From Dehalococcoidales bacterium (GTDB taxonomy: Bacteria; Chloroflexota; Dehalococcoidia; Dehalococcoidales; Fen-1064), in assembly GCA_028713395.1 (NCBI GenBank), contig JAQTOJ010000001.1, positions 1 through 39,008 on the forward strand: a DNA stretch of 39,008 nucleotides, in the 5' to 3' direction. Position 1 is the stretch's first letter, and every line of letters begins with the position of its first letter. A program made the translations under genes and the position numbers. Positions 32,509 to 39,008 of the stretch are shown here, piece by piece. The notes under the pieces were generated by a model, which had not been told where the DNA came from, ran no database searches, and saw nothing but the letters and a program-made list of their open reading frames with translations.

Positions 32509-33610
32509 ACGCCACAATCGTGCGCGACACAGCATACACCACGCCATGCTTACGCAGATTGCTTACTGCCGCATTACCCATAAAGAGGATTTTTGCGGTT
32601 TTTACCGTCTGATTTTCCGGCTCCACGAACGGAGTAGTAATAATATCCGTCTCAGAGTCGATAACCAGATTGTAAAAATTGGTGTTGATAAAAAATGCAC
32701 TACCGGCTGTCAAGGCGAGCGTGCCATTATCAATATCAGGAACTTGTTCGTCCCAAATACAGGTAGCACCGCGCATCTTAATAGTATCAAACCCCATTTC
32801 TGCCATTTTCGTGTCCATGTAACGTACGCTGACATCCAGCGCATTGTTATATGTCTCGAATGAGATTTGATCGAAAACAACAAGATTAGGAGAACCGCCA
32901 GAACCTTTCGAGCAAGAATTATACATACGGTACAATGCTGCCTTAAAGCCTTGATAGGTCGATACACTGATAGCAAAAGCATTGCCCGTATCAACAGACG
33001 CGCTATCTAACACAGCGGTTTGCGGCCTCCACCATGAATCTGTTACCGCTGAAATATTACCAACATTACCACCGGCAGTCGGATTCAGTTGGTTATTCTT
33101 ACGCATGAAATAACCTAATGGGTTTAAATCCTTACCATTATTACCAGGAACGAAGGTGGCGCCTGAAACCGTACCGGCGACTAATTGCCGGTTTAGTTCT
33201 TCACGCATACCCATCTCAGCCTGCTTCAGCTTTGCCTTCAACAAATCGAGAAGACGTCCTTCACCTGAGTTTTGACGCTCTTCCTTACGGGTAATACCGA
33301 TAGTACCTGCAATTTCTTTCCATTCGTAGAATGCCGTAGTAATGCCATCCTGCAAAGTCGTATCAATTACTTCTTCACCCTGATATGACTTAATCGTACT
33401 GTTCGTGCCATACATCAATGGCATGGCGATACGTTCACCGCCATTTTGCTTTTTTACTGCATCGGAATTTCTAAGAAATGCTAGATAAGCTGAATCCTTA
33501 AAAATATTGTCGACTAGAGTGTCACGAAAAGCCATCATCGTGGTAGATAACAGACTATCGTAATAAACTGTATTTGTACTAGGTGCGGCTGTACTTCCAA
33601 TAGTAGCCAT
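32507..33610 (-). CDS. major capsid protein (367 aa as annotated to the UAA)
   Basis: Assigned by position after the scaffold gene, size, strong SD (TGGAGAAG), and general resemblance to HK97-fold podovirus coat proteins. Confidence 0.75.
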   Translation of the reverse strand: MATIGSTAAPSTNTVYYDSLLSTTMMAFRDTLVDNIFKDSAYLAFLRNSDAVKKQNGGERIAMPLMYGTNSTIKSYQGEEVIDTTLQDGITTAFYEWKEIAGTIGITRKEERQNSGEGRLLDLLKAKLKQAEMGMREELNRQLVAGTVSGATFVPGNNGKDLNPLGYFMRKNNQLNPTAGGNVGNISAVTDSWWRPQTAVLDSASVDTGNAFAISVSTYQGFKAALYRMYNSCSKGSGGSPNLVVFDQISFETYNNALDVSVRYMDTKMAEMGFDTIKMRGATCIWDEQVPDIDNGTLALTAGSAFFINTNFYNLVIDSETDIITTPFVEPENQTVKTAKILFMGNAAVSNLRKHGVVYAVSRTIVA

Positions 33611-33625
33611 AACTTCTTCTCCAAT

Positions 33626-34447
33626 TTAAGTAGGCGGCTTCATTCCATGTGAAGCAAGTTGTGCTTTTGCAAACTTCACTGCTTGGTCAAAGCTCAATTT
33701 ACCATTAGGTTTTGAAGACGCCTGTTGTGTGGTTGTTGACCCACCGGAAAGCTGTGCGGATTCAACCTTCGTTTGCAGCTTACGCATGGCCGCCTGAGCC
33801 GCTCTGGATTCGAGCACTTCCGACGGAACGCTTAACTGATACAGTTTTACAGGATCATTTACTAACGTGGGGTGTTTTTGAAGTGTCTGCATCATGCCAT
33901 CTTCGTATACTCGCCAATCCGGGCAACTATCGTCTAACATCTTTTCAAGTTGTCCTTTGCGAGTTTCTTTTACTTCATTTAAAAATGGCGATAGCTTTTG
34001 CATGATGCGCTGTTCTGCACGTTGCTCGGCTACCTGCATGACTTCATCCCACGACTTCGGTTCAAATTGATTCTGCTGTTGCGCTTGGTCATTCACCATT
34101 TGTTGCGCTTGAGCACGAGTCAACGAGTAACCGTATTGCGAAGCTAACTGCTGTAAGGCTTGCGCCGGATTCTGCATAAAGGAATCGTATGCTTGAATCT
34201 TTTGAGAGTGCTCCTTGAAAGCAGTCGTCTTCTTAGTAAATGCTGCCTGCATCTGTTTATAAGCAGCTTCTAACTCAGGTTTACCCTTAATACTTTCCGG
34301 GTCAAAAAATGTTTCCTCAGCCGTAGCAGGTGCAGATGTGCTTGTCTGTGGGCTGGTGGTTTGACTTTCGGGTGCCGCTTGGGTTGTCTCCGATCCTGTT
34401 ACGGTTGTCGGAGTTCCTTCGCTAACTTGTCCGTCTGTTTCTGCCAT
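33626..34447 (-). CDS. scaffolding protein
   Basis: Lies between the portal and capsid genes. Gln/Ala-rich and helical, with a Ser/Thr/Pro-rich N-terminus. Confidence 0.55.
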   Translation of the reverse strand: MAETDGQVSEGTPTTVTGSETTQAAPESQTTSPQTSTSAPATAEETFFDPESIKGKPELEAAYKQMQAAFTKKTTAFKEHSQKIQAYDSFMQNPAQALQQLASQYGYSLTRAQAQQMVNDQAQQQNQFEPKSWDEVMQVAEQRAEQRIMQKLSPFLNEVKETRKGQLEKMLDDSCPDWRVYEDGMMQTLQKHPTLVNDPVKLYQLSVPSEVLESRAAQAAMRKLQTKVESAQLSGGSTTTQQASSKPNGKLSFDQAVKFAKAQLASHGMKPPT

Positions 34448-34467
34448 GATAATTTTTCCTCATCAAT

Positions 34468-34490
34468 AAAAAAGGCCGCTCTAGGCGACC
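34468..34490 (-). terminator. intrinsic terminator/attenuator upstream of scaffold-capsid genes
   Basis: Minus sense: GGTCGC-CTAGA-GCGGCC followed by TTTTTT. Confidence 0.55.
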
Positions 34491-34515
34491 TATTTAGGGG
34501 ATATCCCCAAATTCT

Positions 34516-34776
34516 TTAATACCACCCTTTACCGAATTTTTCGGTAAGCCCTCTTTCTTTCATTAATTGTTGCCTATGTTTTTTTGATTTAACGACAACG
34601 GGATCATGGCCCATGTTCGTATCGAGATACGGCTCTATATCTCGAATAACGGAATAATTACCGAGCACACGCTGCATTAACTTTCCGCATTTAATGCAAT
34701 CTTTGTACTCATCGAATCCTTGCTGAACATCCTTTTCTTCATGGCCGCAACTACATTTTACATCGTAAAAAGGCAT
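34516..34776 (-). CDS. zinc-ribbon protein (FmdB-like CxxC..CxxC)
   Basis: MPFYDVKCSCGHEE...CIKCGKLM. Confidence 0.45.
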   Translation of the reverse strand: MPFYDVKCSCGHEEKDVQQGFDEYKDCIKCGKLMQRVLGNYSVIRDIEPYLDTNMGHDPVVVKSKKHRQQLMKERGLTEKFGKGWY

Positions 34777-34778
34777 GA

Positions 34779-34964
34779 CTAACCTTTATGAACCCCAGTT
34801 TTACGAGTGTGCATAGCGCCCTTTTCTCCCATTGGATGTTTTTTCATATCGGCCTTATTAAATTCTTTCGCTACTGTCACGGGGATTCCCATCTTCTTGG
34901 CAAATGACGGACTATGCGCGGCAGCCGCCATCGTTCGCATTTGTTTATATGTCTTACTAGGCAT
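34779..34964 (-). CDS. small basic protein (DUF3008-like)
   Basis: ATG 34964 lies 5 nt after GGAGG. MPSKTYKQMRTMAAAAHSPSFAKKMG. Confidence 0.4.
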   Translation of the reverse strand: MPSKTYKQMRTMAAAAHSPSFAKKMGIPVTVAKEFNKADMKKHPMGEKGAMHTRKTGVHKG

Positions 34965-36804
34965 TTTGACCTCCATCTCTGGCTATTGAACCACCACCAT
35001 TAAATAAACCGCCCAATGCGCCTAATGCGGCGCCTGTTGTTCCCGCACCAGGCTGTCCAGGACTTCCTGGCTGACTTCCGCTCTGACCTGGCATCGGCAA
35101 CGAACCTTGCATCATCTGTTCTGCCATCTTACGAAGTTCTTCTATCGCCACCTCATCATCGAAGTTGTGCATCGCCATGACTCGCTTAGTTAGCGTTCGA
35201 TTTAATAATAGTTGCGGGAAATTGGCGAACAGTTGAAGCAGTGCGATAAATTGCGCCCGCTCCAATTGAGGAAGCTGCGGAGAAGTCGCACCGATATTAA
35301 TCGAATACTCGAACTCTCCTTCGATTTCTTCGTAATCTTGAGACCGTACCATTTTCCAGAATTCCCCCTCTGGCCCTGTGATACGAATCGCTTCGTCTTT
35401 ACTTATGTTCGCCTGAACTAATTGATCTAGCTTTCTAGCGATATCTAAAATCCATTCCGTGACTAGCCCAAGACGGTCACCTTCACGGATATTTAGGCGC
35501 TTCTCAAGAATATCCGCTTGTGTTGCGGAGTCTGCTGTCGCAAGACCTCTCGATTCACCGCTATAGCCGGACGCCTCAATAATATCGTTATTGAGGGCCA
35601 TGATTTCTTGCCAACCTGTTTGATCTAATGGAGCATCAATCACCGGCGTGATAACAGGCCCCTGTGTTTGTTTACGGATGATCGTTCCGTCTTCACCGGA
35701 TTCTAATTTTTCTAATTCCGTTTCGTCAACCAAACCAGAGACAAACGCTTCGTATTTTCTATTAAACCGTTTCCGGTGTGTCATGAAACGAGACCGCGCT
35801 AAACAATATTCTTTCTGCGGGTCGATCATCTGAGATACAGGCGGTATCGGATAGGGCGTATTGTCTTGCAACGTAAACCGCAAAACGGAATACGGGTGAC
35901 ATTCCGTACCTTTTGGCAATGAATCCGGTTCTTTCAAGAGACCGTCTGCATTCTCCGCCAAAATGAGCCATTGTTTCTTTTTAAGATCGTAAATTTCCCA
36001 AAATATATACGGTTCGTCTTCTTTAACCTTGTTATCGTCCGTAGAAAAAGAATCCTTCTTTACTTCTCCGGGCTGGATAGAGTCGAGTATTTTCTGGTTT
36101 AGTCGCTTATCCTCCTTAGCCTCGTCCTTGGTCATGCGGATGCGTTCTGCTATCCAAGGCCACTTATCCTCAAGCGTCGAAGACTCGGCAGACCACAAAA
36201 AATCATCCGGGTGAACACGTGTTAAACAGTAACGCTCCTTGATAGGAACCGTCTTAGGCTCTCTTAATGGATTTCCGTCTTCGTCTTTAAGTTTTTTCCC
36301 GTACTCACTCTCCATCTCATTATCAGCGTCGGGGTTTTCTTTTTCTTCTACGTAGTAATGGGTTTTGACGACACCGAAGGCAAATTGCGCATCCTGTATC
36401 CCAAGACGGCATTTTGTCTTCATCTCTAACTCACCCTTTAGGTAATTGAGATAAGACTGCCTAATCTTTGCCTTCTCCTCGAATACGGCTATGTCTTTTG
36501 GGTCAGGAGAAAAAGAACGCTTTGTCTTTATGTAAAAATATGGATCGACGGAATAGAGAGACGGAAGCTCTGCCATTAAGTGAGAATAAATTTTGTTTAT
36601 CGTGATCCACTCATCATCCGGGTAACCTGGATTCTGTTTTCCGGCGAAATAATCTCTCGCTAATTTAACCCGGAATACTTTTTCCCATTCTTCCTCACGT
36701 TTCTTCTTAGCCTTATTTATTCTTTCTTCCCAAAGATTTTGTAGATCAACGCTATCCTTCTCTTTTTCATCGGAAACTGTTTTGTACGTCTTCTTTTTAG
36801 CCAT
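34957..36804 (-). CDS. portal protein
   Basis: 615 aa, starting on the terminase stop codon (36804). Gly-rich flexible C-terminus. Confidence 0.75.
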   Translation of the reverse strand: MAKKKTYKTVSDEKEKDSVDLQNLWEERINKAKKKREEEWEKVFRVKLARDYFAGKQNPGYPDDEWITINKIYSHLMAELPSLYSVDPYFYIKTKRSFSPDPKDIAVFEEKAKIRQSYLNYLKGELEMKTKCRLGIQDAQFAFGVVKTHYYVEEKENPDADNEMESEYGKKLKDEDGNPLREPKTVPIKERYCLTRVHPDDFLWSAESSTLEDKWPWIAERIRMTKDEAKEDKRLNQKILDSIQPGEVKKDSFSTDDNKVKEDEPYIFWEIYDLKKKQWLILAENADGLLKEPDSLPKGTECHPYSVLRFTLQDNTPYPIPPVSQMIDPQKEYCLARSRFMTHRKRFNRKYEAFVSGLVDETELEKLESGEDGTIIRKQTQGPVITPVIDAPLDQTGWQEIMALNNDIIEASGYSGESRGLATADSATQADILEKRLNIREGDRLGLVTEWILDIARKLDQLVQANISKDEAIRITGPEGEFWKMVRSQDYEEIEGEFEYSINIGATSPQLPQLERAQFIALLQLFANFPQLLLNRTLTKRVMAMHNFDDEVAIEELRKMAEQMMQGSLPMPGQSGSQPGSPGQPGAGTTGAALGALGGLFNGGGSIARDGGQNA

Positions 36805-38261
36805 TACCGTATACGCTGATAAGCAAGATCAATGGAAACACCGTGTTTTTCTGAATACTTCTTGGCGCGAATCATTCTTTGTCTCTCATGAGTAAAACTG
36901 CCTTGTGGAATGCGTTGAACTTTCTTGGGCCGGACAGGCTTTAACATACAAGCATAACGTACTTCGTCGGCGATATGATCGGCCTGATTATCCGTTTCTA
37001 CATCGTCAGGATTTTTACCTTGTTTTAACTCCAACATGGTCAACCAAAACCATTTATGGTTGTTAAAAACAAATAAATTTGGTGTTTCTTTGATTTCACC
37101 AGTCGAGGCATTGATATCTTCCTCCAACTGAAGCCGCTTATGAACTTGTAGCCAGCCTTGGATACGATCATTGTCGGCCTTCATGAAAAATACGCCTTCG
37201 GCCATCATATCCTCGTAAACGGACGGGCCTCGAACCTCGTTTCGACGAGTATCAGGCATATTGTTCCAAATTGATGGGTCGGCGATGCGAAATCTTACTT
37301 TTTCTCCCTTTTCTCGTTCTAAAATGCCTCTCGCCACCTCGTAGGCTGGCATTTTAAGGCCCGTATCCATCTCGTTCCCCTTACAGCCGTACCATTCTCG
37401 ATATCGGTATAGCCTGCCGTCGTAATCGACAGCATACCAACCGCATGAAAATGGTTTAGAGTATCCCCAGTCCATAACCATGAACTTTTCCCACTCTGGC
37501 GGGACATCAAAAGGCTCTACACCGTGTGTTGTTGTGGATAATTCGGTAAAAAATTGACCTTCAAAGGCATCCCAAACACCATAACGAAGCCTTAATTTCT
37601 CAATTTCCGGTAATGCCTCTAAACGCGCCATGTATTCCGGATCGTTTAGATACAGCGTTGGGTTGTCTTCTATCTTTGCCGGTATAAAAATACGGGAAAT
37701 ACGTACTTCTCTGCCATCTGCTAAATGGGCATTGCTAATATACGTCTTGCCAGGCTCAGCATTTAATACAAAACGCTCTTTTACCCACTGATGACCTACA
37801 CCGCCAGGGTTTGTCGTAGAACGAACCCTAGGTGGTATTTCATGATCCGTCGTTCTGACACGAGATAACAGGTATGTATATTGTATTTCTGAGAACTGTG
37901 TTAGCTCGTCAAATCCTACAAAGTGATAATCCTGTCCCTGATAATTATATCTATCCGTCTCGTGCTGCATATGCCCGAGCTTTATCGTAGCTCCGCTCGG
38001 AAAATACCAACGATGCTCGGTAGAGCGATAAACACCGCCCAATGCTGGGTATCGCTGGAAGCAGCGGTCTATGATTTCTTGCAGTTGAGGGAATGTCCTA
38101 CGAAGCAAAATAGCCTTGTAGTTAGATTTACCGATGTACCGTGTAACCAATGCTATTAAACAATCAGTCTTGCCTGGCCCAGCACTGCCACCAAATAACG
38201 CCTCGAATTCACCCCTGCTGCAAAACTCTGTTTGCGCTCCTGGATGCGGTGCCCAATTCAT
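36804..38261 (-). CDS. terL: terminase large subunit
   Basis: Walker A GGSAGPGKT, a Walker B-like HFVGFDE, and a C-terminal nuclease-like half with conserved acidic residues. Confidence 0.9.
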   Translation of the reverse strand: MNWAPHPGAQTEFCSRGEFEALFGGSAGPGKTDCLIALVTRYIGKSNYKAILLRRTFPQLQEIIDRCFQRYPALGGVYRSTEHRWYFPSGATIKLGHMQHETDRYNYQGQDYHFVGFDELTQFSEIQYTYLLSRVRTTDHEIPPRVRSTTNPGGVGHQWVKERFVLNAEPGKTYISNAHLADGREVRISRIFIPAKIEDNPTLYLNDPEYMARLEALPEIEKLRLRYGVWDAFEGQFFTELSTTTHGVEPFDVPPEWEKFMVMDWGYSKPFSCGWYAVDYDGRLYRYREWYGCKGNEMDTGLKMPAYEVARGILEREKGEKVRFRIADPSIWNNMPDTRRNEVRGPSVYEDMMAEGVFFMKADNDRIQGWLQVHKRLQLEEDINASTGEIKETPNLFVFNNHKWFWLTMLELKQGKNPDDVETDNQADHIADEVRYACMLKPVRPKKVQRIPQGSFTHERQRMIRAKKYSEKHGVSIDLAYQRIR

Positions 38262-38644
38262 GCGGCCTTATGGATTGGGACGACTTTAGACGGATCTGGT
38301 CTTTCTTCAGGCAAAAATATCGTAGGCTCCACTTTATTTTCCGTAACAACATGCTTCTCTGCGGCCTGTACCTTAATCTGGTCTGTTAGCATTTTGTAAA
38401 ACGCCCTAGCCTCGTTTTTATCTTCAGAATAAAGACGTTCAGCAAAATTCTCTTGCCATGTCTGGCCTTGCTTCTTTGCCTCTTTTTTCAAGGCTTTAAA
38501 TAGATCTTTTAACTCACTTTCTCTAACTCCGAATATAGGAATTCGCTTCTTTGGCCCCGACCCTTTCCTAGCGCCACCTCGTTTAGTAGTTCCTTCTCTT
38601 TGAGAATTAGTAAACTCGTTTAATTTCTTAGGGCCTGTACTCAT
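38258..38644 (-). CDS. terminase small subunit candidate
   Basis: 128 aa, basic N-terminus (KRGGARKGSGPKKR), ATGA-coupled to terL. Confidence 0.45.
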   Translation of the reverse strand: MSTGPKKLNEFTNSQREGTTKRGGARKGSGPKKRIPIFGVRESELKDLFKALKKEAKKQGQTWQENFAERLYSEDKNEARAFYKMLTDQIKVQAAEKHVVTENKVEPTIFLPEERPDPSKVVPIHKAA

Positions 38645-38932
38645 TTATATGATATAGCCGTAAATCTGTGCTGAAGCAGCCGTACCACTTATGTCGTAAT
38701 AGATCGTATTCGTGTTGTCTACGAGAACAGCTTGATAAGGAAAATCACCGGCGGTGATCGTAGACATATCAAATATTTTCTGGCCAAGCGGGCCATCTTT
38801 ACGGATAATCACCGCAGCGGCAGCACTGTTATTCGTAGATATTAAAACCTTGATGGCTTTGCATCCACTATTAGTGATATCTATTGTGCCTGTACCAGTA
38901 ATTTTTCCATCGGTTAAATTGCGTAAGAACAT
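38645..38932 (-). CDS. hypothetical protein (95 aa)
   Basis: First ORF at the right end; its stop abuts the terS-candidate ATG. Confidence 0.4.
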   Translation of the reverse strand: MFLRNLTDGKITGTGTIDITNSGCKAIKVLISTNNSAAAAVIIRKDGPLGQKIFDMSTITAGDFPYQAVLVDNTNTIYYDISGTAASAQIYGYII

Positions 38933-38997
38933 TATGTGTCCTCTGTAAGTAATTAATTTAATTAGTATAAACTATTCAATAATTGTGAATGCGGGTG

Positions 38998-39008
38998 CCC
39001 GCGTGGGG
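38998..39008. repeat. right copy of the 11-nt terminal direct repeat CCCGCGTGGGG
   Basis: Identical to 7-17. It is preceded by GCGGGTG, which with CCCGC forms GCGGG/CCCGC inverted repeats. Confidence 0.6.

Noticed and set aside
32348-32863. Plus-strand 171-aa ORF
   Set aside because: It is antisense to the capsid gene 3' end and the intron 5' core, with an odd composition. It is an artefact of the opposite-strand coding.
1-39008. Diversity-generating retroelement, integrase/att module, toxin-antitoxin or known anti-phage defence cassette
   Set aside because: No reverse-transcriptase-like, recombinase-like or recognisable defence-protein motifs were seen in any ORF, and I noticed no template/variable repeat pair.

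Overview
This window looks like a complete or nearly complete ~39-kb tailed-phage genome, gene-dense and without rRNA, tRNA, CRISPR, integrase or reverse transcriptase that I can recognise. There are three transcription blocks. (1) Minus strand 38932->15766 is the late/structural block: small-terminase candidate, large terminase, portal, scaffold, major capsid, a sugar-modification cassette, adaptor/tail/ejection proteins, tail fibre and lysis genes. (2) Plus strand 10959->15722 is an early-type operon: small proteins, a perfect hexanucleotide repeat, a recombination protein, a CsrA homologue, an outer-membrane beta-barrel candidate and an HNH endonuclease. (3) Minus strand 10835->178 holds an HTH regulator, many small proteins, an HNH-AP2 endonuclease, NinB, two nucleases and a lambda-Q-like antiterminator, followed by a GNAT/glycosyltransferase/cupin cluster. 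That cluster would run into the terminase region if the ends are joined. The main observations are listed here. (a) A group I intron with a LAGLIDADG homing endonuclease sits at the 3' end of the capsid gene, followed by a start-less ORF in the capsid reading frame. (b) A second group-I-like RNA core lies next to the HNH-AP2 gene. (c) Glycosyltransferase and methyltransferase genes are embedded in the head module, with a second sugar-modification cluster and a duplicated GNAT-like gene elsewhere. (d) A 29-unit perfect GGAGCN repeat lies in the same operon as the phage csrA. (e) A GNRA-rich structured intergenic RNA candidate is present. (f) An 11-nt direct repeat occurs at both window ends. 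All functional calls rest on motif recognition by eye and gene order; no database search was run.
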